Positions 46,745-55,565 of a stretch of 64,000 nt of DNA are shown here, piece after piece. Numbering within the stretch: position 1 is the stretch's first letter; each line of letters starts with the position of its first letter. The notes under the pieces were generated by a model. The model did no database searches. It was not told the DNA's origin and saw only the letters and a list, made by a program, of their open reading frames with translations. A program made the position numbers and the translations under genes. This DNA is from Vulcanimicrobiota bacterium (GTDB lineage: Bacteria; Vulcanimicrobiota; Xenobia; Xenobiales; JADMJV01): NCBI GenBank assembly GCA_050250895.1, contig JBFWNU010000005.1:416001-480000 (forward strand). The letters are read 5' to 3'.

Positions 46745-48838
46745 ATGATCGTCGCCAGCCCGCCCGTGACCAGCCCTCGCCCGGCCGCCCCCCCGCCGAC
46801 CCGCCAGGAGCCGGTGGTCGACAACTATCACGGCACGGCGGTGGTGGACAGATTTCGCTGGCTGGAGGATGGAGAAAGCGACGAAACCAAGCAGTGGGTC
46901 GAAGCGCAGAACGCCTATTCTAGCAACTATCTGCAGAGTCTGCCCTTTCGCCCTCGGTTAACCGAACGGCTGCGCCAGCTGTTGACCATCGGTGGCGTGG
47001 GCTTTCCCCAAACCCGCGAGAACGGCCAGTTCTTTTTGCGCCGCGACGGCAACCAGAATCAGGCTGTGCTGGTCAAGCGCGACCCGGCCGGAGCCGAGAC
47101 GGTGCTGGTCGACCCCAACGGCTGGTCGGATCAGGGCATCGAGGCCATGGACTGGCACTACATCAGCCCCAAAGGCACCTACGTAGTGTATGGGCGCTCG
47201 ACCGGCGGCGACGAGTGGAGCACCCTTAAAGTCCTCGACAGCGCGACCGGGGAGCACCTGGCCGACGAGATCCCTCGCACCCGCGCGGCCAGCCTCGCCT
47301 GGCTGCCCGACGAGAGCGGCTTTTACTACACTCGCTATCCCGAGCCCGGCAGTGTGCCTCCCGGCCAGGAAAACTACAATCGTCATGTCTTCTTCCATCA
47401 GCTGGGGACCGACCCGGCTCAGGACCCCAAGGTCTTCGGCGAGGGGCTCGATCCTCAGGCCTGGCCTAACGTGTCTCTATCCGAGGACGGCCGCCACCTC
47501 ATGCTGTCGATCTCGCAGGGCTGGACGCGCAACGATGTGCAGGTGCTCGATCGCGAAACCGGCGAGGTCAAGCCGCTCATCGTGGGCAAGAATGCTCAGT
47601 TCAGCGGATACGTCGAAGGCGACTCGGCCTATCTGATGACCGATCTCGACGCGCCCCGTAAGCGGCTCATCAAGGTCGACCTCAACAATCCGGCCGAAGA
47701 GAACTGGGTCGAGCTGTTGCCTCAACAGGACGGCGCCGTGCTCGAGAGCTTCGCTACCGTAGGCGACCACATGTACGCAACCTATCTCAAGAACGCCGCC
47801 TCGGAGATCCAGAAGTTCAGCCTGGAGGGGCAGCCCGAAGGCAGTCTCGAGTTACCTGGGATCGGTTCTGTGGGCGGGCTGGCGGAAGGCAACGAAGGCG
47901 AGCTGCTCTATTCGTTCAGTTCGTTCAATCGGCCCACCACGATCTATCGCCTCGATACCGAGACCGGCGAAACGGATACCTGGGCCGAAGTCGACGCCGG
48001 TATCAATCCGGAGGACTTCGAAGTGCACCAGGAGTGGTTCCGCAGTATCGACGGCACGCGAGTGCCGATGTTCGTGGCCCACAAGAAGGGCCTGGAACTC
48101 GACGGCCAACATCCCACCGTGCTCTACGGTTATGGCGGCTTTGACGTCAACATGACCCCCCATTTCTCGAAGAGCACAGTGCAGTGGCTCGAAAATGGAG
48201 GAGTCTATGCCGTGGCCAATCTGCGCGGCGGTGGCGAATTCGGCTCGGAATGGCACAAAGACGGCATGCTCGACCAGAAGCAAAACGTCTTCGATGATTT
48301 CATCTCGGCAGGCCAGTACCTGATCAAGCACGGCTACACCAAGCCCGACAAGTTAGCCGCCATGGGTGGCAGCAACGGCGGTCTTTTGGTCGGGGCGGCC
48401 GTCACCCAGGCTCCCGAACTGTTCGACTCCGCCATCTGTGCCGTCCCCTTGCTCGACATGCTACGCTACGATCAATTCGGCATCGCCCAGTTGTGGGTCC
48501 CCGAATATGGCACCAGCGCCAACGAGACCCAGTTCAGCTACATCAAGGACTACTCTCCTTACCAGCATGTCAAGAACGGCGTCGATTATCCGGCCACCCT
48601 CTTCATGAGCGGCGCCCGCGACAGTCGGACCGATCCCCTCCACGCTCGCAAGATGGCCGCCGAGATGCAGGGTGGCCACACCGGCCCTGACCCGATCATG
48701 CTTCGAGTCGAAGAGAACGCTGGCCACGGCGCTGGCAAACCCATCGGCAAACAGATCGAAGCCGAGGCCGACAAGTGGGCCTTCCTCTACGACCAGATGG
48801 AGGTCAATCCGACCTTCGTGACCCCCAGGAAAGACTGA
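46745..48838 (+). CDS. Prolyl oligopeptidase (S9A)
   Basis: DRFRWLED, YGYGGF, RGGGEFG, GGSNGG, DMLRY, D.R, GHG. Confidence 0.95.
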   Translation: MIVASPPVTSPRPAAPPPTRQEPVVDNYHGTAVVDRFRWLEDGESDETKQWVEAQNAYSSNYLQSLPFRPRLTERLRQLLTIGGVGFPQTRENGQFFLRRDGNQNQAVLVKRDPAGAETVLVDPNGWSDQGIEAMDWHYISPKGTYVVYGRSTGGDEWSTLKVLDSATGEHLADEIPRTRAASLAWLPDESGFYYTRYPEPGSVPPGQENYNRHVFFHQLGTDPAQDPKVFGEGLDPQAWPNVSLSEDGRHLMLSISQGWTRNDVQVLDRETGEVKPLIVGKNAQFSGYVEGDSAYLMTDLDAPRKRLIKVDLNNPAEENWVELLPQQDGAVLESFATVGDHMYATYLKNAASEIQKFSLEGQPEGSLELPGIGSVGGLAEGNEGELLYSFSSFNRPTTIYRLDTETGETDTWAEVDAGINPEDFEVHQEWFRSIDGTRVPMFVAHKKGLELDGQHPTVLYGYGGFDVNMTPHFSKSTVQWLENGGVYAVANLRGGGEFGSEWHKDGMLDQKQNVFDDFISAGQYLIKHGYTKPDKLAAMGGSNGGLLVGAAVTQAPELFDSAICAVPLLDMLRYDQFGIAQLWVPEYGTSANETQFSYIKDYSPYQHVKNGVDYPATLFMSGARDSRTDPLHARKMAAEMQGGHTGPDPIMLRVEENAGHGAGKPIGKQIEAEADKWAFLYDQMEVNPTFVTPRKD

Positions 48839-48841
48839 CCC

Positions 48842-49390
48842 ATTCTCGAGCTTCTGGCCACCTTGCTGCAGTTGGCGGGCGTCTATCTGACGACCCGTCT
48901 TCAGGCTTGGTGTTGGCCGGTGGGAGCGGCCGGTGTGGCGCTGGCCGCGGTCGTCTTCTTTGAGGCCCGACTCTACGGTGAGGTGGGCCTCAACCTGCTC
49001 TATTTCGGACTGCAACTCTACGGCTGGTACTACTGGACCCGGGGGGTAGGGGAACAAACCCCGGGGGTGAGCGAGCTCAAGCACTGGGGGCGCTGTTGGG
49101 GCGCTCTGCTGGTGGGTGGCTACGCCCTTGGCGCGTTGCTCAGCCTGACGCCTTCGGATGTTCCCTTTTGGGACGGCTACACCACCGCCGCCAGCCTGGT
49201 GGCTCAGGTGCTCATGACCCGCAAGATTCGCCACTGCTGGCTGTGGTGGATAGCGGTGGATGCGGTCTACATCGGCCTTTTCGCATATAAGGGCCTCTTC
49301 CTTTTCTCGCTGCTCTCGGGCATCTATCTCTGGTTGGCCTGGCTGGGGTGGCGCAGTTGGGGTGATTCGGATATTGACACTGTTATATAA
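48842..49390 (+). CDS. pnuC: PnuC-family nicotinamide riboside/vitamin transporter
   Basis: YGWYYW, PFWD...T..S..AQ.L..RK, WLWWI.VD; start uncertain (ATT 48842, CTG 48854 or TTG 48863). Confidence 0.88.
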   Translation: MLELLATLLQLAGVYLTTRLQAWCWPVGAAGVALAAVVFFEARLYGEVGLNLLYFGLQLYGWYYWTRGVGEQTPGVSELKHWGRCWGALLVGGYALGALLSLTPSDVPFWDGYTTAASLVAQVLMTRKIRHCWLWWIAVDAVYIGLFAYKGLFLFSLLSGIYLWLAWLGWRSWGDSDIDTVI

Positions 49391-49402
49391 CAGTGTTATG
49401 AT
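49374..49402 (+). promoter_or_regulatory. Sigma70 promoter containing palindromic operator ACTGTTATATAACAGT
   Basis: TTGACA-17 bp-TATGAT; perfect 20-bp palindrome at 49377-49396. Confidence 0.85.
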
Positions 49403-49432
49403 GGGCTCATCGAAACCCGAAGGAGCCCGAAG

Positions 49433-50392
49433 ATGATTCTCACCCAGACCACTGCCCCCAAAGTTTCCCCGGCCTGCCGCCTGACCAGTCTGTTGGAGCT
49501 TACCGGCCAGGGCGAGCAGCGGGTCGCTCTCGACCTGCCTGTAGTGGGCCTGAAGGCCGAGCTGGCTGGTTGTCTGCAAGTGGGACGCCTGGCCGACGCC
49601 GCCGCCGCTCGCTGTCGCTTCGATTTCGCCGTCCAGCAGGGCCGCGCGGCCGTGTTGGTCGAGCGCCCTCGCGGCGGAGGATTGGCTATCCGTTGGTCCG
49701 GCCCGGCCCGGGTGACCCTCGAGACCAGCTTTCCCGGCAGTGACGATGGTTGGAACGACCTGCTCGAGTGGGAACATCGTTTCGCCAAAGGTCAAAACGA
49801 TAGTCTCGAGTGGGCCATCACCGCCTCGGTGTCCAGCCAGATGCTGGGTCGGTTCACTGCCTGGCTGGCCGAAGAACCGGCCCCCCTTGATTGGCAAGAG
49901 GATGGTCCGGCGCTGGCTGCCCGGGTGGTCGCCGCCGTAGAAGAGACTTTCCGGATGGACCACGAGCGCAAAGCTACGCTGGCCCAGAAAGTGGCCGAAG
50001 ACCTCTTGCTCGAGCGCGGCTTTGACCGCGGCAGCGTCGACGAGATCCTGGCTCAGGCCAGTCAGCGTGCGGGTCGGGCCCGCCAGCAGCGGGCCGGCCT
50101 TATGCCTCGCGCTGGCCTGGTCACTCCGGTGGAAGAAGAACCCGCCGTGCAGCCGAGTCCGGCTCAGGCCCTGACCCGGCTGGTCGACGGACTTTTGCTG
50201 GCCTCGCCCGAGAGCCAGCGCGAGATGGTAGTAGAAAGCGTCGTCTGGCTCGACCGGATTTGCGACCAGGCCAGTCTGACGGCCGCCGCTGCGGGGCTCC
50301 ATTACCAGGGAACTCAACTGCTGGTCAACGGACTTAAAGGACTCAAGAGCTGGAAGACGCGTCTCGAGGCCTTTCTGGCTCGCCTGGTTTGA
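49433..50392 (+). CDS. Hypothetical protein, 319 aa
   Basis: AAGGAG RBS, own promoter; no family recognised. Confidence 0.75.
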   Translation: MILTQTTAPKVSPACRLTSLLELTGQGEQRVALDLPVVGLKAELAGCLQVGRLADAAAARCRFDFAVQQGRAAVLVERPRGGGLAIRWSGPARVTLETSFPGSDDGWNDLLEWEHRFAKGQNDSLEWAITASVSSQMLGRFTAWLAEEPAPLDWQEDGPALAARVVAAVEETFRMDHERKATLAQKVAEDLLLERGFDRGSVDEILAQASQRAGRARQQRAGLMPRAGLVTPVEEEPAVQPSPAQALTRLVDGLLLASPESQREMVVESVVWLDRICDQASLTAAAAGLHYQGTQLLVNGLKGLKSWKTRLEAFLARLV

Positions 50393-50417
50393 CACTGTCA
50401 TATGACAGTTCTATAAT
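50389..50417 (+). promoter_or_regulatory. Consensus sigma70 promoter containing palindromic operator ACTGTCATATGACAGT
   Basis: TTGACA-17 bp-TATAAT; perfect 16-bp palindrome at 50394-50409. Confidence 0.9.
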
Positions 50418-50424
50418 GCCTCAC

Positions 50425-51027
50425 GTGAGCAACTGTTCGGGCCCCTGGAGGCTAAGCCAGCTGGTAGCACTCAGTCGCAAGCTGGTAGCTACCAGTGGCA
50501 CCTCAGGCGAGTCCAAACGGGTTCGCTGGAATCCCACCGAGCGGCTGGTCCGCTACTACACCACCCTGGGGTTGGTCGACGGGCCGGCCGAAATGCGCGG
50601 CCGGACCGCCTACTACAACCAGCGCCACATTCTCCAGCTGATGGCCATCAAGCGCCTGCAGGCCGAGGGCGAGACCCTCGAGGCCGTGCAGGCTCAGTTG
50701 GCGGGTCTGACTGACGGGCAGCTGCAAGAGTTAGCCCAACTTCCCGAGAATTGGACCGAGCAACTCGAGCAGGCGTCGCCTCAGTCCGGGGTGGTGCCGC
50801 GCTCTCGACAACCTTTTTGGAAGCAGACTGCGCCCGAACAGGCCTGGTTAGTCAAGAAACCGAAGGCAACCAGCGAGTTTGGGCACCAGGGTATCGAATT
50901 GGCTCCGGGAATGATTCTGACGGTGAATACAGCAACCTATCCGAACCTTGACGCGGCCACCCTGCGCGCGGCTGCCAGCGAGTTGATTCGGCTGGCCAAC
51001 GGCGAACTCGAGGGTGACCAGGAGTGA
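50425..51027 (+). CDS. MerR-type HTH transcriptional regulator, probably leaderless
   Basis: TERLVRYYTTLGLV..P...GRTAYY...H.LQL..IKRLQ..G; GTG 7 nt after the -10 box. Confidence 0.88.
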   Translation: MSNCSGPWRLSQLVALSRKLVATSGTSGESKRVRWNPTERLVRYYTTLGLVDGPAEMRGRTAYYNQRHILQLMAIKRLQAEGETLEAVQAQLAGLTDGQLQELAQLPENWTEQLEQASPQSGVVPRSRQPFWKQTAPEQAWLVKKPKATSEFGHQGIELAPGMILTVNTATYPNLDAATLRAAASELIRLANGELEGDQE

Positions 51028-53972
51028 AGCCGATCGCAGTGACCGAGGGTGCGCCGGCGCCTCTGTGGTCGTATGAGTCGGGCTATGGCACGCTGACCAC
51101 GGCGGTCGGTAACCTTCCACTCAGGCGACTGAGCGTCGACGGGCGGATCTTCGGACTTTTTTATTCGGTCGAGGTGACCGGTCACTTCCGCAACAGCCTC
51201 GACGAGGCCATCGAGGCTTTTTATGTCTTCCCGCTGCCCGATCGTTGCGTGGTCATTGATTTTGCTCTGACCATCGACGGCGAGTTCTTCCCCGGTGTGC
51301 TCAAAGAGCGCGAAGAGGCTCGACGAGTCTATGGTGAGGCAGTGGCCTCGGGGCGTCCCGCCGCCATGCTCGAACAGGAACGCCAGGAGATTTTCACCGC
51401 CTCGGTGGGGGCGCTACCTCCCGGGAGCGCCGTCGAAATCAAACTCGAGCTGTGTGGATGCCTCGAATTCTATCGGCAGGAGGCGGTCTTTCGTTTTCCT
51501 CTCGTGGTGGCTCCGCGCTATCTGCCTGGGGTGACCCTGGATGGGCAGCCGGTGGGGCAGGGAACGGCTTACGATACCAGCGATGTGGGCGACGCCAGCC
51601 GCTTGAGCCCTCCGATCCTTCTGCCCGGGTGCGCCAGCCCCGTTCACTTTGATTTTCAGATGCTCATCGACGCGGCCGGCCTGGGCTTTGCCAACCTGAC
51701 CAGCAGTCTGCCCGACCTGGTGAGCAGTCCCGAGTCGGGTCGACTGCGAGTGCAGTTGACGCCCGGGGTCGCGCGGCTGGACCGCGATCTGATTCTTTCC
51801 ATCGCCCTCACCGAACGGCTGGGGTCGAGCCTGGTCCACTGCGGCGACGCTTTTCTGTTGACGGTGGTGGGGCCACCCCTGGGGCCACTGCCGAGCCTGC
51901 CCGTCGATCTGGTCTTCGTGCTCGATCTCGCCAACGCCGGTGATTGGGTCGACGAGGTCCTGGAGAGGTTGGTGGCGGCTCTCGCCGGAGGTTTGCGTCC
52001 CCACGATCGCGTCGGCCTGGTGGTGGTGGGCTCGGGCGAGGTGGTCGCTCTCGGCCATCCGGCCCAGGTGGCCGGCCAGCTCACCAACCTGGGGGAACCC
52101 CGGTCGGGACCACTCGGTCCGGCCCTGGGTCAGGCCTTCGGCTTGCTCGAGGAGCGGACGCATCGTTCTTGCGCGTTGCTGTTGCTCACCACCGGACACG
52201 CCGCTAACGAGACCCAGTTGCTCGACTTCGTGGCCGCCGAAGGCGAGGGGATAGCCATGCACGGCCTGGCCCTGGGCAGCGCCCCCAATCAGGGTCTACT
52301 GAGGCTGATGTGCTGTCGCCAGCGGGGTAGCTTGACGGCGGTGGCTGATCTCGAAATGTTCGAGGCGCGCTTTCCCTCACTGGCCGCACTGTTGCGTCCC
52401 AACCTCACCGGACTCGAGGTCGAGGGTCATCCGACCGAGGCCCCCAACGGCCGAGCGGTGCACGGCGACCGACCGAGCATCTTGCTCGGGCGCTGCCCGG
52501 GTGGGGCTCCCGCGACCATGGGCATTGCAGCCCATCTGCCGGACGGCTCGCAGGCGTCGCAAGCGGTGCGCACCACGGCCATAAGCGAGCCGGTGCTGGA
52601 CAAGCTCTGGGCCTGGGCTCGACTGGGCCGCCTCGAGCAAGAATCCGACAGTCGGGACCAGCTGGTGGAACTCTCCCTGGCTCATGGTGTTCTGTGCCGT
52701 TACACCGCCTGGGTGGCCGATAGCGGCCGCTGGACATCCCAGCTTGGACCGGTTTCGATCCGGGTGATGCAACCGGTCGAGGCGCCCCCCGATTTCGGGG
52801 CCGGAGGCCTGTTCGACGCGGGTGATCTGTTCGCCGAATCGGGCGAAGATCTGTTTGGTTCAAACGAGGGCCCCTCGGGATTGTTCGAGGCGGTGGCTGG
52901 CCCGACCGGACGAAGCCTTTTTGACCAGCCTCACGAGGAGTTGCCCGAAACCAGCCAGGATGATTCCCCGCCAGCGGACAGTCTATGGGCTGGAGGCGAC
53001 CTGTTCGGCGCCCCTGTGCCTGTGGAGGCCGCGCCATCGGCCCGGCCCCAGGAGGCCGTCGCCCCGGCGGTCGAGTTCGAGCCCACCCCCGAGGTGGCCT
53101 GGGCCAGCGCCGAGGAGCCGGTAGCAGAGCAGACTGAAGGCGAAGGCGTGGACTGGCTGGGAGAACGAGTGTCCCAGGACCTGGTCTCCAGCGCCGAGGT
53201 CCGTTCTTCTCGCTCCGAGGCCGCTCCGGCGGTGACCCGAGGCGGCTTGCTCAAGGGCGGGCTGGCCAAGAAGGCCGCGCCAAGGCCTTCCATACAGGGC
53301 GAGAAGCCTGCTCTGGGCGGGCCTTCCCGGGCTGTGCGCAAAGGGATGCTGGCGGGCGGGGCGGGCGGCGAGACGCCGGAGCGCCCGCGGCTCTTGTCCC
53401 GGCCATCCTTTGCGTCGGCCGAGGCCGGTTCGCCGCCCCCTGCCCCGCCACTCCCTGGGGCGCCCCCGCCTGCGGCCAGCCCCCAGCCCAGCCCGTCGAT
53501 GCCCCCGACCGGTCCAGTGGAACCGCCGGCCGAAGCGACCAGGACCGAGAGCCTGCGCAGCACCTGGCTGGGAGCGGAAGCGGCGGCCCCCGAGATGGTC
53601 CGAACCACCTCCCTGGGTGACGCCGAGCCGCCGGGCGAGGCGGTGGACGAGTACGAAACGGGCCTGATACGAAGGCGGCGCCACGAGACCCTTTCAGCTC
53701 CGGGAAGCGCGCCCACCACCAGCAGCCTGTGGGAACGACTGCACGACCTCGGTCCCGAACGATTCCGTCAACTGGCCGATCTGGTCGGGCTCTATCACCT
53801 GGCAGCTGTGCTCCACGCCGTGCCTGCGGCCCTGGTCGACGAGTTGGCCGGGTGGCTGGGGGTCTTCCGGGGTCGCAATCTCAAACTGCAACTCAACTGG
53901 GCCTCGAGTCTCTCCGAGCAAGAGTTGAAGAAATGCGAGGCCGAGGTCGAGCAAGCCCTGGCCCAAATCTGA
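51024..53972 (+). CDS. VIT plus degenerate vWA domain protein with a long disordered C-terminal region
   Basis: F.N.....IEA.YVFPLP, G.LKEREEAR..Y..A, FPLVVAPRY.PG, LDRDLIL, DLVFVLD, LSL.HGVL..YTAWVA. Confidence 0.87.
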   Translation: MKPIAVTEGAPAPLWSYESGYGTLTTAVGNLPLRRLSVDGRIFGLFYSVEVTGHFRNSLDEAIEAFYVFPLPDRCVVIDFALTIDGEFFPGVLKEREEARRVYGEAVASGRPAAMLEQERQEIFTASVGALPPGSAVEIKLELCGCLEFYRQEAVFRFPLVVAPRYLPGVTLDGQPVGQGTAYDTSDVGDASRLSPPILLPGCASPVHFDFQMLIDAAGLGFANLTSSLPDLVSSPESGRLRVQLTPGVARLDRDLILSIALTERLGSSLVHCGDAFLLTVVGPPLGPLPSLPVDLVFVLDLANAGDWVDEVLERLVAALAGGLRPHDRVGLVVVGSGEVVALGHPAQVAGQLTNLGEPRSGPLGPALGQAFGLLEERTHRSCALLLLTTGHAANETQLLDFVAAEGEGIAMHGLALGSAPNQGLLRLMCCRQRGSLTAVADLEMFEARFPSLAALLRPNLTGLEVEGHPTEAPNGRAVHGDRPSILLGRCPGGAPATMGIAAHLPDGSQASQAVRTTAISEPVLDKLWAWARLGRLEQESDSRDQLVELSLAHGVLCRYTAWVADSGRWTSQLGPVSIRVMQPVEAPPDFGAGGLFDAGDLFAESGEDLFGSNEGPSGLFEAVAGPTGRSLFDQPHEELPETSQDDSPPADSLWAGGDLFGAPVPVEAAPSARPQEAVAPAVEFEPTPEVAWASAEEPVAEQTEGEGVDWLGERVSQDLVSSAEVRSSRSEAAPAVTRGGLLKGGLAKKAAPRPSIQGEKPALGGPSRAVRKGMLAGGAGGETPERPRLLSRPSFASAEAGSPPPAPPLPGAPPPAASPQPSPSMPPTGPVEPPAEATRTESLRSTWLGAEAAAPEMVRTTSLGDAEPPGEAVDEYETGLIRRRRHETLSAPGSAPTTSSLWERLHDLGPERFRQLADLVGLYHLAAVLHAVPAALVDELAGWLGVFRGRNLKLQLNWASSLSEQELKKCEAEVEQALAQI

Positions 53973-54036
53973 ATTTCAGGTTTTTTTCAGGGCTTGGGAC
54001 TAGCCTGGCAGAGATACTATCCCCTGGAGGACCCAA

Positions 54037-54690
54037 ATGCTCGTCAATCCCGCTCTTGCTCGCCGCGCTAACAGCGCTCCGGCTCCGGCCGCTCCCCAGA
54101 CGGTCGACAAAGCCCCCGCTGAAGGCCCCCCCGCCGAGCCCCCCCGCGATGAGATCTCTCTGGGTCAAAAGGTGACTCGCACCGCTTTCGGTCTGGTAGG
54201 AGCGGCTGCCGGTGGCATCGTGGGAGCCGCCAAAGGCGGTTTGCTCGAAGCCGGCTCGGGCAAGACCAAATTTCCCTCCGCGGTGACCAAATTCTCGCGC
54301 ATCGCCGGTGCTGCCGCTGGCCTGGCCGGCGGAATCTTCGTCGGTTTGTCGACCCTCCCCATCAGTCTTCCCGTGGCCCTGGTGGCCGGCCCCATTATCG
54401 GTGCCTTCACCGGTGGTGCCCTGGCGGGTGGCACCGAAGCCGGCGTGGACGCTCTGCGAGGTGCCTTTTCCGGGGCGGGCGAGCTAGGTTCGGCCGGATT
54501 CAAAGGCGCGGCTGGTGCGGCTGACTGGCTGTTCACCAGGTTCGCGGCCAAACCCGAACCCCCGGCCGAGCAGCCCCCGGCCGAGCAGCCTCCCGCCCAG
54601 GAACCGCCTTCCCAGGCCCCGCCTGAAGGTCCGGCTCCCGGTCCGGCCGCCCAGCCCCTGGTTAAGGAGCCCGCGACCCCCCGTTCATGA
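54037..54690 (+). CDS. Glycine-zipper membrane-type hypothetical protein with Pro-rich termini
   Basis: GGAGG RBS; multiple GxxxG/AxxxG helices; PAEQP repeats. Confidence 0.78.
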   Translation: MLVNPALARRANSAPAPAAPQTVDKAPAEGPPAEPPRDEISLGQKVTRTAFGLVGAAAGGIVGAAKGGLLEAGSGKTKFPSAVTKFSRIAGAAAGLAGGIFVGLSTLPISLPVALVAGPIIGAFTGGALAGGTEAGVDALRGAFSGAGELGSAGFKGAAGAADWLFTRFAAKPEPPAEQPPAEQPPAQEPPSQAPPEGPAPGPAAQPLVKEPATPRS

Positions 54691-55457
54691 GTGCTCTTCC
54701 CTTCCTCCTCTCGATCCCCCACGGAGGGACCGAGATCCCGGACGAGTTGACTTCGCATCTCGTGGCCACTCCCGCTCAGATGGCCGAAGACACCGATCAC
54801 TTCACCCGGGAAGTGTTCGCTTTGCGCGGAGGCAAAGTGGCTGTCGTGCTCGAGTCACACACTTCCCGTAGCTTCGTGGATGTCAACCGGGACCCGAGCC
54901 TATACCCGCCTCACGACAATGACGGAGCGGTCAAGGCTACCAGTTGCACCGGGCACGACTTGTTCGGCGATTGGCGCCCCTCCGAGCCGCTGGTAGAGCG
55001 GTTGCTGAAGCGCTACTGGAACCCGTATCATGACGCCCTATCCGAGGCCGTGCGAGCGCCCGGGCTCAAATTGGCTCTCGATTGCCACTCTATGGCCCCG
55101 GTGGGACCGTCGCTGGCTCCCGACGCCGGCCAGCCCCGACCCCTGATCTGCCTGGGAGACCGGCATGGCCAGTCCGCACCCGAAGGTTGGGTGGACCGTC
55201 TGGCCGAGTGCTTTTGTCAAGTGTTTGGGTTGCCAGCCGAGCAGGTGGTGGCCAACAAGCCCTACTCCGGTGGCTATATCACTCGCCGTTACGGTGACAA
55301 TCCGCTGCCGTTCATCCAGATCGAGTACAGCCGGGCTCTCTACATGCAGCCGCCCCACTACCTGGTTGACGAGCATCGTCTCGACGACGGCTGGGCGACC
55401 GAGATGCGCCGACGCTTTCACAACGTGCTCAGGCTGTTTCACGAACGAGTCGGCTGA
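54687..55457 (+). CDS. N-formylglutamate amidohydrolase family protein
   Basis: SIPHGG, D..T, SR..VDVNR, YWNPYH, DCHSM, NKPYSGGYIT, IQIE. Confidence 0.9.
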   Translation: MSALPFLLSIPHGGTEIPDELTSHLVATPAQMAEDTDHFTREVFALRGGKVAVVLESHTSRSFVDVNRDPSLYPPHDNDGAVKATSCTGHDLFGDWRPSEPLVERLLKRYWNPYHDALSEAVRAPGLKLALDCHSMAPVGPSLAPDAGQPRPLICLGDRHGQSAPEGWVDRLAECFCQVFGLPAEQVVANKPYSGGYITRRYGDNPLPFIQIEYSRALYMQPPHYLVDEHRLDDGWATEMRRRFHNVLRLFHERVG

Positions 55458-55565
55458 TTCGCTCGCTTTTCTGCTTTCAACCATAGGCTCTCGCGGCCAC
55501 GCCCGGCGTTTGCTAGCGATGGCCTGACGCAGGACTCGCCCGGCTGACCGAAAAGACCGAACCCC

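Noticed and set aside
48461-50401. 646-aa minus-strand ORF
   Set aside because: Antisense shadow spanning three plus-strand genes with motif, RBS or promoter support; no recognisable domain
50389-50424. ORF-track start (TTG 50389) for the MerR-like gene
   Set aside because: This TTG is the -35 box of the promoter; GTG 50425 fits a leaderless start
53996-54011. Sigma54-like GG-N10-GC sites here and near 46705
   Set aside because: Only the spacing matches and the TTGC element is imperfect; expected by chance in GC-rich DNA
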